The notes under the pieces were generated by a model that was given only the letters and a program-made list of their open reading frames with translations, made no database searches and was not told the DNA's origin. The translations under genes were made by a program, and so were the position numbers. From Verrucomicrobia bacterium UBA3869 (GTDB lineage: Bacteria; Verrucomicrobiota; Verrucomicrobiia; Opitutales; UBA9783), in assembly GCA_002392285.1 (NCBI GenBank), contig DGGR01000019.1, forward strand, positions 1-22,463: a stretch of 22,463 nucleotides of DNA, read 5' to 3'. Shown piece by piece: positions 6,701 through 14,629 of the stretch (positions within the stretch are counted from its first letter, which is position 1; the number at the start of each line of letters is the position of its first letter).

Positions 6701-9189
6701 TGCAAGCGACCAAGTGGCGTTTAGGTATTACCCTCCTAGCAATTGCTATTGGGGTTGGTCAATTAATGCCTTGGGAAGATAAACCATATGATACGTATCT
6801 GACCCAGCAGGTAAAAAGTAACAAAGCGCAATTTCAATCGGTTTTGCAAACCGCTCAAACTCAGGTTAAAGAGCACAAAGCGCCTAACTTAATTCAGGCA
6901 TTGGTACGTATTTGTAAGGAACAAAAACTGGATTTAAGTACCTGCTTTACCCAATTTAATGCCGCCGATATTAAAAATTTTGATAAGCGGAATCAAATCC
7001 TCCTACAGCACCTATTACATCAATCCCAAAGCGTGTTTAAGCAAGGATTAGATCTAAAAGGCGGAGTTGCATTTTCGTTGAGCATCAACCCGCAAGTGTT
7101 GGAAGGTAAATCCGATTGGGAATGTGAAAAGTTGGTACAAAAGGCGATTGAGGTTATTACAACCCGTATCGATGCTCTTGGGGTAGCTGAACCGATTGTA
7201 CGCCCCTATGGACGCAATAACATTGAAATTCAACTGCCAGGTATTTCGCTTGAAACTCATCCGGATATCGTTGGGGCCCTCAAAAAGCCAGCAAAGCTAG
7301 ATTTTCGCTTAGTGAATGAAGATGCGGATCCGAATGGCCCTATTCCCTTAGGGTATGAGCGCTTGATCATGGAGCAAGAGGATGAACAAGGGCAATGGAT
7401 GCAAATTCCATTGGTAGTTAAACGCATTCCGGAGATGACGGGCAAAGCCATTAAAGAAGCCCATCCGGTAGTAGATGCTTACGGAAAGTATGAAGTCAGC
7501 CTGCAAATGACCGCCGAGGGTAAAGAGCGTTTTGCAAGTATTACCCGACAAAACCTACACCGTCGCTTAGCCATTGTGCTGGATGGTGTTGTATGCTCCG
7601 CTCCTGTTATTCAATCAGAAATTACCGGTGGACAAGCCAGCATTTCAGGACGCTTTACCCAACGCGATGCAATTGAACTTTCCAACGTACTCAACAACCC
7701 GCTGGAATTTGAGCTAGAATTGGCAGAAATCTATGAAATAGGACCCTCACTTGCTACCAGTGCTAAAAACATCGCTATTTATGCATCATTGGCAGGACTT
7801 GTCCTATTGATAACCGTCATGTCTTTGTATTACCGATTACCGGGTATGCTCTGCAGTCTCTCTTTATTGCTCAATGCGTTCTTTATCTTCGTTTCTTGGG
7901 CAATTTTAGGAGCCACCATTACCCTGCCTAGTATTACAGCGCTTGCATTAACCCTTGGAATGGCTGTGGATGCCAACATCCTGATTTTTGAGCGCGTCCG
8001 AGAAGAACTCCGCGCGGGTATTAACTTAACCACCGCCTTAAATACAGGTCACAAAAAGGCATTTATCGCTATTTTAGACTCCAACTTAACAACACTTTTA
8101 ACCGCAGGATTGCTCGTTCTTTTGGGATCCGGTGCGGTTAAAGGATTTGGGATCACCTTGGCAGCCGGTATTTTAACCACCTTATTCTCTGTTTTGTGCT
8201 TTAACCGAGCCTTGTTGAAACTCTTGGTGCACACTAATCATTTTCACCTACCCCAGCAGGCCTGGTTTCAAGATACAAAAATCAACTTTTTAGCCCACCT
8301 TAAGGGCGGTTTATGCATCTCCTGCCTATTGGCTCTCATCGGTTGCGCTGCATTTGGGATACAGGGCAAAGGCGTACTGAGCATCGACTTTGTGGGGGGA
8401 GATGAATTGTTAGTTCAAGGCGACCGTATGGTAGATTGTCAAAAAATCCGTGATTTAGCGAAGCAAAAGCAACTGGGAACCATCAATGCTGTCTATCAGA
8501 AGAACCTATCCAGTGCATCGCATTTGCTAAAAATTCAAACCGAAAAGGGACGCGGCATGGAGGTTTTTTCGGCCCTACAAGCATCCGAACCTGAAGTTCA
8601 TTTCACCTGCGTTTCGAAAAACCAAATCGGTGCTTCCATCAGCTCCGATGTCCAAAAGCATGCTATTTTATCCATTGCGTTCGCTCTCATCGGTATCCTA
8701 GCGTACATTGCAGTTCGCTTTGAATGGACCTATGGAATTAGTTCTGTATTGGCGTTAACGCACGATACCCTCATTACCATGGGTTTATATGTCGCATTCG
8801 GGCATCAATTTACAGCCCCCATGATTGCTGCAGTTTTGTTGGTCATCGGTTATTCGATCAATGATAAAATCATCATTTTCGACCGCGTCCGCGAAGAGCT
8901 AGCAGCTAACCGCTCCATGCCTCTAAACGCTGTGATCAATCACTCTATCAACAAAACCCTGTCACGTACGTTAATGACCAGCTTAACTACGTTTATTCCA
9001 ACGTCATTGCTGTATATCTGTTGCTCCGGAATCGTACGGGATTACGCTCTTGTATTCCTATTAGGAATTGTTATCGGTACGTTCTCATCCATCTTCGTTG
9101 CAATGCCTTTGTTTTATAAATTAAACCACGGGAATCGCACTCAGTTGGATCATCCACAAACAGCTAAGCATGCTTGGGAACAAGCATAA
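6700..9189 (+). CDS. secDF: Fused protein-export membrane protein SecDF
   Basis: 829 aa. The SecD periplasmic domain (LGLDLKGGV, LAIVLDG) is followed by two RND-like 6-TM bundles, each containing the IFDRVREEL or IFERVREEL motif. Confidence 0.9.
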   Translation: MQATKWRLGITLLAIAIGVGQLMPWEDKPYDTYLTQQVKSNKAQFQSVLQTAQTQVKEHKAPNLIQALVRICKEQKLDLSTCFTQFNAADIKNFDKRNQILLQHLLHQSQSVFKQGLDLKGGVAFSLSINPQVLEGKSDWECEKLVQKAIEVITTRIDALGVAEPIVRPYGRNNIEIQLPGISLETHPDIVGALKKPAKLDFRLVNEDADPNGPIPLGYERLIMEQEDEQGQWMQIPLVVKRIPEMTGKAIKEAHPVVDAYGKYEVSLQMTAEGKERFASITRQNLHRRLAIVLDGVVCSAPVIQSEITGGQASISGRFTQRDAIELSNVLNNPLEFELELAEIYEIGPSLATSAKNIAIYASLAGLVLLITVMSLYYRLPGMLCSLSLLLNAFFIFVSWAILGATITLPSITALALTLGMAVDANILIFERVREELRAGINLTTALNTGHKKAFIAILDSNLTTLLTAGLLVLLGSGAVKGFGITLAAGILTTLFSVLCFNRALLKLLVHTNHFHLPQQAWFQDTKINFLAHLKGGLCISCLLALIGCAAFGIQGKGVLSIDFVGGDELLVQGDRMVDCQKIRDLAKQKQLGTINAVYQKNLSSASHLLKIQTEKGRGMEVFSALQASEPEVHFTCVSKNQIGASISSDVQKHAILSIAFALIGILAYIAVRFEWTYGISSVLALTHDTLITMGLYVAFGHQFTAPMIAAVLLVIGYSINDKIIIFDRVREELAANRSMPLNAVINHSINKTLSRTLMTSLTTFIPTSLLYICCSGIVRDYALVFLLGIVIGTFSSIFVAMPLFYKLNHGNRTQLDHPQTAKHAWEQA

Positions 9190-10923
9190 ATGCGTTGGTG
9201 CTTCCCATCCGATCGTCCGATCCCCCAATGGTTAACTGATTACCTTAAGCAACAGGAGCTGCCGCATGCTTATTTGCCGGTTTTAGGGCAGCTGCTTAAT
9301 CAGGTAAATCCTTCGTTCAATAACCCTAAGGAGGTGGAGCAGTTCTTGCGTCCATCCTTAAAGAATTCCGAAGCTCCTAAGGATATTCTCAATTTACCGG
9401 AAGCCGTTCAGAGCATCCATACGGCCTGTAAAGCTCATAAACGTATTATTGTGGTTAGCGATTACGATGTGGATGGCGTCACCAGTATGACGCTGATGTA
9501 CCGCTTTTTTCACTACTTTCAGCTGCCATTTACACCCGTATTTCCCTTAAGAAAAAGCGAAGGGTATGGGTTAACCGATGCTTTGATCGATCGGATCCTC
9601 AAAACCCATGCGCCATTCGATTACCTCGTTGCTATGGATTGCGGAACGAATTCGACTCAAGCGATTCAGCGCATCAACGCTTCTGGCGCATCCGCCATTA
9701 TCATCGATCACCACCAACCAACCGTTGACCCCTTACCTTCGGCGCTCATCGTTAATCCGCACGTACAACCCGAACGCCATTCAGCATCAGCTCAAAACTT
9801 ATGTACCGCCGGACTGGTCTTTAAATTTATTCAATATTGGCGCACCCTGTTAAAACAAGATGGCTGCGCGGCTGCAGAGCAATTGGTATTGAGCTCATTC
9901 TTGGATTTAGTAGCCTTAGGAACCATTTCCGATGTAGTACCTTTGCGCGGCGATAATCGCTTATGGGTGCATTTTGGCTTAAGGGCTATGGAGCGAACGC
10001 CGTCTTATGGCCTTAAAACGTTACTGAAGTTAGCAGGATGCAGCCAAATTCCTACGGTTGAAGATATAGGGTTTAAAATAGGACCGCGCATCAACGCAGG
10101 CGGTCGGTTGGATTCCGCTACAGCTCCGTTTGAACTGCTAACGTCCGATGAGCACCCGAAGTGCAAGGCCCTCGCGACTGAGTTGGATGCCCTGAACGCC
10201 CAACGCAAATCCATAGAGCATCAAATGATTCAAGAGGCCGAAGCGCTCATCGCCCATGACCCCGATCAACATGCCTATGTTCTCTATCAACCGCATTGGC
10301 ATACCGGTATTGTAGGAATCGTTGCAGGGCGCCTGATGCACCAGCATCATTGCCCCATTTTTGTGCTAGGGCAGCAAAATGAACTCGCTAAGGGTTCGGG
10401 GCGCAGTATTCCGGGCGTTGATCTCGTTCCACTCCTCACTCAAGCACAGCCATGGATTCATCAATGGGGCGGACATGAAGCAGCGGTTGGGTTAAGCACC
10501 GCCATTGATCAGATTCCCGCCTTGGAGCAATCCATCCGCCATTACCTAAAAGATACGTTTCCCGTTTGGCCCCAACCTACTCTGAATCTATCCGGTATCC
10601 TGACGGAAGATTTACTAACGGAAGACTTTTTGCACGTCCTGGATCGCTTAGGCCCCTTCGGCTCCGGTTATGAAGCCCCTCTGTTTGTACTCCCCCATAT
10701 TCAATTAACTCAACCCCCTAAGCATTTTGGATCCAACCAAAACCACCTGCGGCTGCAATGGAATCAACATAGCTTCGTCGCCTGGAATTATTTGGGAGCC
10801 GAACCGTCCATGAATCAGCCCATCGATTGCGCAATCCGTTTAGGGTGGAACTACTGGGCCAATCGCTTGAACTTACAAATTCAGTTGATTGATTGGCGCC
10901 CGTCAAAATCCATCGACCTATAA
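9190..10923 (+). CDS. recJ: Single-stranded-DNA-specific exonuclease RecJ
   Basis: DHH-family motifs DYDVDGVTS, AMDCG, IIIDHHQ, GTISDVVPL and GGH.AA. The start is immediately adjacent to the secDF stop (TAAATG). Confidence 0.9.
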   Translation: MRWCFPSDRPIPQWLTDYLKQQELPHAYLPVLGQLLNQVNPSFNNPKEVEQFLRPSLKNSEAPKDILNLPEAVQSIHTACKAHKRIIVVSDYDVDGVTSMTLMYRFFHYFQLPFTPVFPLRKSEGYGLTDALIDRILKTHAPFDYLVAMDCGTNSTQAIQRINASGASAIIIDHHQPTVDPLPSALIVNPHVQPERHSASAQNLCTAGLVFKFIQYWRTLLKQDGCAAAEQLVLSSFLDLVALGTISDVVPLRGDNRLWVHFGLRAMERTPSYGLKTLLKLAGCSQIPTVEDIGFKIGPRINAGGRLDSATAPFELLTSDEHPKCKALATELDALNAQRKSIEHQMIQEAEALIAHDPDQHAYVLYQPHWHTGIVGIVAGRLMHQHHCPIFVLGQQNELAKGSGRSIPGVDLVPLLTQAQPWIHQWGGHEAAVGLSTAIDQIPALEQSIRHYLKDTFPVWPQPTLNLSGILTEDLLTEDFLHVLDRLGPFGSGYEAPLFVLPHIQLTQPPKHFGSNQNHLRLQWNQHSFVAWNYLGAEPSMNQPIDCAIRLGWNYWANRLNLQIQLIDWRPSKSIDL

Positions 10924-10925
10924 GA

Positions 10926-10956
10926 TTGACAAAGTCTAAGGATCTTTGAGTATAAT
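10926..10956 (+). promoter_or_regulatory. Candidate promoter with perfect hexamers TTGACA (10926-10931) and TATAAT (10951-10956), 19-nt spacer, upstream of trxB
   Basis: Both hexamers match consensus exactly, but the spacer is 2 nt longer than optimal. It sits in the only sizeable gap between recJ and trxB. Confidence 0.4.
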
Positions 10957-10991
10957 AAAGACCTAAGTGCAGCATAACCGATGCAGTTAAT

Positions 10992-11963
10992 TTGGAACAT
11001 GATAAAATGCACGACGAACAAATAATCATCATTGGAAGCGGATGTGCTGGGTTATCAGCCGCTATCTATGCTACACGCGCACAACTACAGCCTTTGGTTA
11101 TTGAAGGGAATCAGCCGGGAGGATTGTTAACCCAAACTACCCAAGTGGAAAATTTCCCTGGATTCCCTGATGGGATTCAAGGGTACGAGTTGGTTAACCG
11201 TATCCGTAAACAGGCTGAAAAATTCGGTGCTCGTTTCTTGTCCAACCAAGTGCAACGCATTACCTTTGAATCCAATGCATCGCTCAATCCTCACTGCCTC
11301 AAAGGAATAATTTTGGACGATAGCCAATCGCTTCAAGCATCAGCAATTATTGTAGCAACCGGGTCTCATCCAAAGATGCTTGGTTTGCCCAACGAAACGA
11401 AATTACTGGGTGGCAAAGGACTCAGCGTATGCGCCACCTGCGACGGATGCTTTTATAAAGGCGAAACCGTTTGCGTGATTGGCGGAGGAGATTCTGCTTG
11501 CGAAGAAGCTTTGTATTTAAGCCAAATCTGCAAAAAAGTTTATTTAGTTCATCGACGCGATACCTTACGCGCTTCAAAAATTATGGCTGATCGCGTACAA
11601 TCCAATCCAACGATTGAATGCGTATTCGATTTCAAACCGGTTCAATACGAAGTAGATTCTCAAGGATTTGTTCAAGGATTACAGGTACAATCCAACGCAA
11701 CCCAAGCGCTACGAGTGCTGCCCTGTACCGGTATCTTTTTGGCCATCGGATGGAACCCCAACACTGATTTATGTAACCCCCTTTTGCCCTTAGATGACAA
11801 AGGCTATTTTTCCATCGACGCCCATCTACAAAGTATGATTCCTGGCCTATTTGCAGCAGGAGATTGCGTTGATACCCGCTACCGACAAGCAAGCGTTGCA
11901 GCCGGTATGGGAGTACAGGCCGCTTTAGAAGCACAAAATTGGTTAACCCAGCATCATGAGTAA
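10992..11963 (+). CDS. trxB: Thioredoxin-disulfide reductase
   Basis: The FAD motif IIGSGCAGLSAA, the redox-active CATCDG, the NADPH motif GGGDSACEEA and GLFAAGD are present. An alternative ATG start lies at 11007. Confidence 0.9.
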   Translation: MEHDKMHDEQIIIIGSGCAGLSAAIYATRAQLQPLVIEGNQPGGLLTQTTQVENFPGFPDGIQGYELVNRIRKQAEKFGARFLSNQVQRITFESNASLNPHCLKGIILDDSQSLQASAIIVATGSHPKMLGLPNETKLLGGKGLSVCATCDGCFYKGETVCVIGGGDSACEEALYLSQICKKVYLVHRRDTLRASKIMADRVQSNPTIECVFDFKPVQYEVDSQGFVQGLQVQSNATQALRVLPCTGIFLAIGWNPNTDLCNPLLPLDDKGYFSIDAHLQSMIPGLFAAGDCVDTRYRQASVAAGMGVQAALEAQNWLTQHHE

Positions 11964-12438
11964 ATGTTGTCTATGTGAACAAGCTGCAAGCGTGCACCTC
12001 ATCAATGTGGACGCAAATGGACGTATGTTCGAAACCTTTTTGTGCGCTGAGCATGCGGAAAACAAGGAGGTGTCTACCCCCAATGCGTACCAGTTGATGG
12101 ATATATTGCCGCATTACGACAAAGGAGTTGTGTTATCGAACCACATCTGTCCTACCTGCGGATGCACAAAGGAATGGATTGAAAGCACCCATTATGCCGG
12201 CTGCCCCGATTGCTACAAAACCTTCAAAGAACTCCGGTTAACGGGCGCCCATGACTGCTGCATCCATTTCGGTAAAATTCCACAAAGAAAGCTATCGCCA
12301 GAGGCATTTAAACCCCGCTTACGCTATTTACAAGCGCAGTTGCAGGCAGCCATCGATGCGGATCGCTTGGAAGCAGCTCAGCAAATACAAAAACAAATCC
12401 GAACCATTGAAAAAGCCATAAAAGCATGTACTCAATAA
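11956..12438 (+). CDS. mcsA: McsA-like protein (Zn-finger plus UvrB/UvrC-motif protein; activator of protein arginine kinase in Firmicutes)
   Basis: Layout matches B. subtilis McsA as I recall it. N-terminal C-x2-C...H....C..H is followed by CPTCG......GCPDCY..F, then H.GKIP.R, then a C-terminal UVR-like helix (LQAQLQAAIDADRLEAAQQIQKQIRTIEKA). It overlaps the trxB stop by 8 nt. Confidence 0.65.
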   Translation: MSKCCLCEQAASVHLINVDANGRMFETFLCAEHAENKEVSTPNAYQLMDILPHYDKGVVLSNHICPTCGCTKEWIESTHYAGCPDCYKTFKELRLTGAHDCCIHFGKIPQRKLSPEAFKPRLRYLQAQLQAAIDADRLEAAQQIQKQIRTIEKAIKACTQ

Positions 12439-12728
12439 CCTTTAATTCTCAATGCCAAGCGGTTTTAGGGAAATTGACGCAGGATAAACAGCTGCAGTTG
12501 GTGGATTTTTTAAGTAATTTTGATGCGCAAAAAGTTCCAGCAGCCGATCAAATTAAGCGCGATAATAAGCTGTTTTATCGATTAAAATGGGAAGCCTTTC
12601 GCATTTACATCGAATCCACACCAGAAGGCACCCTGATTGTACACTCTATCCTCTCAAAGCATTCCTGGAATGACTTTTTGTTTCGGGCAAAATTACCCTA
12701 TCCTTCCGAAAATAACACCCACAAATAG
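12426..12728 (+). CDS. Hypothetical 100-aa protein with a RelE/ParE-superfamily-like sequence pattern
   Basis: Y.I.F...A...L.KL......Q....L......P......K......YRLK...FRIY.......G.L.V..I..K resembles the RelE/ParE/Gp49 toxin fold pattern. It overlaps mcsA by 13 nt. The assignment is tentative. Confidence 0.4.
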   Translation: MYSITFNSQCQAVLGKLTQDKQLQLVDFLSNFDAQKVPAADQIKRDNKLFYRLKWEAFRIYIESTPEGTLIVHSILSKHSWNDFLFRAKLPYPSENNTHK

Positions 12729-12745
12729 CCTAAAAGGCATCCTTT

Positions 12746-13540
12746 ATGTTAAGTACTAACCGCAATGCTTCATTAACAAAAATCTATTTATTACCCAATA
12801 CCTTAACAGCTGGTAATTTGTTTTTCGGATTTTTGTGCATTATTCGGTGCATTCAAGCAAAATACTGCAATGAAGGCGCAGCATCCGCCGAGCTTTATAA
12901 TCAAGCGGTTTGGTGCATTTTTGGCGCATTGGTATGCGATGGACTGGATGGACGGGTAGCTCGCCTCAGTGGACGAGAATCCTTATTCGGTATCGAATTT
13001 GATTCATTAGCCGATATCATATCGTTTGGGCTAGCCCCCGCTATGATCGTTTTCTTCCTGATTTTATCCCCAGAAAACAACTTCCCGTTTTTCAAACGCA
13101 TTGGGTGGCTCATCGGCTTTATCTATTTACTGTGTGGAGCAGTACGCCTAGCACGCTTTAACGTCACCCATCATCCGCTGTTACCAAAAGACCAACGGCC
13201 GACCTCTCCCAATGCCGTATTTGTTGGCCTCCCAATCCCAGCTGCAGCCAGTGTTATCGCCTCATTGGTCTTGGTCATCAATCAATTCGATCTAAAGGCC
13301 TTTGCAATCTGTTTGCCCTTTTTAATGCTGCTCATTGCCTGGCTTATGATCAGTAATGTTTACTACCCCAGCTTTAAACATCTCGATTGGACAACGGAAA
13401 CTAAACTGATAGCCTTTGTCATCATTATCAGCACCTTGGCTATTTTAGCGCTATTTAAAGGCTTATCCTTTTTCATCCTATCCATCACTTATGTTTTTTA
13501 CGGCCTTATCCATCACGTGCGCCATAAAAAGCCGCTTTAA
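12746..13540 (+). CDS. pssA: CDP-diacylglycerol--serine O-phosphatidyltransferase (CDP-alcohol phosphatidyltransferase family)
   Basis: DGLDGRVARLSGRESLFGIEFDSLAD fits D-x2-DG-x2-AR-x8-G-x3-D-x3-D. It is 264 aa and polytopic, with PssA-like size and FDSLAD context. Confidence 0.7.
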   Translation: MLSTNRNASLTKIYLLPNTLTAGNLFFGFLCIIRCIQAKYCNEGAASAELYNQAVWCIFGALVCDGLDGRVARLSGRESLFGIEFDSLADIISFGLAPAMIVFFLILSPENNFPFFKRIGWLIGFIYLLCGAVRLARFNVTHHPLLPKDQRPTSPNAVFVGLPIPAAASVIASLVLVINQFDLKAFAICLPFLMLLIAWLMISNVYYPSFKHLDWTTETKLIAFVIIISTLAILALFKGLSFFILSITYVFYGLIHHVRHKKPL

Positions 13541-13554
13541 AACCAGCTAAAACT

Positions 13555-13968
13555 GTGCGCTTCCTTCAATGGCTTCAAATTATTTATAGCAAGCTGAGGC
13601 CATGTGGCTCTAAAGCAGGACGTTTAGGGCGTAAGGGAGAACAAGCAGCAGTCCAATTTCTCAAGCGCGCTGGATATCATATCCTCGACCGCAATTGGCG
13701 CTCAGGACATTACGAATTGGATGTTGTAGCTCAAATCGGCCCCTGCGTTGCTTTTGTTGAAGTCCGTGGGCGCTGCGCCCAAAGCCTTCAAAGTGGGTAC
13801 GACACCATCAATCGTGCTAAGAAACAAGCGCTCTCTAAAGCCATACGCGCTTATTTAAAGCGACATCGCTGGATACACAGCTACCGCTTTGATATCATCT
13901 CGATTGATTGGGATGCCCAAGGAAAGATTAGCGCTATACGCCACTACGAATCGGTTCCGCTCCGGTAA
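13555..13968 (+). CDS. yraN: YraN-family (UPF0102) endonuclease-like protein
   Basis: GE.AA..FL...GY.IL.RNWR...GELD(V)V.......FVEV..R......FD matches the YraN pattern. GTG start at 13555. Confidence 0.75.
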   Translation: MRFLQWLQIIYSKLRPCGSKAGRLGRKGEQAAVQFLKRAGYHILDRNWRSGHYELDVVAQIGPCVAFVEVRGRCAQSLQSGYDTINRAKKQALSKAIRAYLKRHRWIHSYRFDIISIDWDAQGKISAIRHYESVPLR

Positions 13969-14373
13969 CTACAAAGCGGTATCGACGTAATCACTACACA
14001 CCAACAGATATTTAAATAAGCGGTAAAGCGTAGGTTGATCGCATTCCGTATCTAAAATTTTAGCGAAAAATCCAATATCATGATCGGATTGTGCAATCGC
14101 CTGCACCTGAAACATCTCATGTGCGTTTTGTAAAGGCATCGACAATGCTTTTTCATACATAGCGTAGGGCAAAGGCGCAAGATCGTAAGGTTTTAATACA
14201 AAGAAAAATATCCACTCGCCAGCTTCTTCAATTTGTAACGTACGGTTGTCATCCAATATAAACTGGATACACCGTTTATCATTTAACTTCAGGTTTGGAA
14301 TTCCAATATGATTACCAAACGCTTGTAATTCACTATCAATTAGCATCGTTATTCTCTTCAAAAATTTTCTCAT
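13969..14373 (-). CDS. Class I T3SS chaperone, SycN-like (gatekeeper chaperone)
   Basis: Resembles Yersinia SycN as recalled: IGIP..., RTLQIEEAG versus GTLQLEQHG, and YEKALSM versus MVKALTL. It occupies the sycN position after the yopN-like and tyeA-like ORFs. An alternative ATG lies at 14344-14346. Confidence 0.55.
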   Translation of the reverse strand: MRKFLKRITMLIDSELQAFGNHIGIPNLKLNDKRCIQFILDDNRTLQIEEAGEWIFFFVLKPYDLAPLPYAMYEKALSMPLQNAHEMFQVQAIAQSDHDIGFFAKILDTECDQPTLYRLFKYLLVCSDYVDTAL

Positions 14374-14623
14374 CCAAAAATTCTTGGATGATATTCACAA
14401 ACTGCATCCGCAATTCATCTTTATCGAAAAGTGAATCAGGGTACTGCCGTAAACTTAGGATTAATTGGGTTAAAAAAAAGATAATGGCCTCACGCGATCG
14501 AATCCCCAAGGGTTGCATCATGTGCGATAATGTTTCTTCATCGAGGTATTTTTTCAAAATCGCATGCATCATGGCTTTGGTTATCCCATAGGCTTTTTCA
14601 CTAACTAAGGAAGGACTTAACAT
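14336..14623 (-). CDS. TyeA-like protein (C-terminal domain of the SctW/CopN gatekeeper encoded as a separate ORF)
   Basis: 95 aa. IIFFLTQLILSLRQYPDSLFDKDELRMQFVNIIQEFLDEKIFEENN aligns by eye with the Yersinia TyeA core ([45 protein letters not shown]) and with the C-terminus of chlamydial CopN. It lies in the same frame as the upstream ORF, 6 nt after that ORF's stop. Confidence 0.6.
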   Translation of the reverse strand: MLSPSLVSEKAYGITKAMMHAILKKYLDEETLSHMMQPLGIRSREAIIFFLTQLILSLRQYPDSLFDKDELRMQFVNIIQEFLDEKIFEENNDAN

Positions 14624-14629
14624 AATACA

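Noticed and set aside
7054-8234. Five minus-strand ORFs of 61-68 aa inside secDF
   Set aside because: All are antisense to the continuous 829-aa SecDF ORF, and their short basic translations are typical of shadow frames.
9608-11032. Small ORFs within and overlapping recJ (9608-9853 +, 10005-10214 -, 10138-10350 -, 10718-11032 -)
   Set aside because: They are out of frame or antisense to recJ. The last one crosses the recJ-trxB promoter region and has no coding support.
11127-13113. Minus-strand ORFs inside trxB (11127-11336, 11632-11934) and pssA (12901-13113)
   Set aside because: They are antisense to genes with clear catalytic motifs.
14295-14591. 98-aa plus-strand ORF
   Set aside because: It is antisense to the TyeA-like and SycN-like ORFs. 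The minus-strand products have recognisable family patterns and this one does not.
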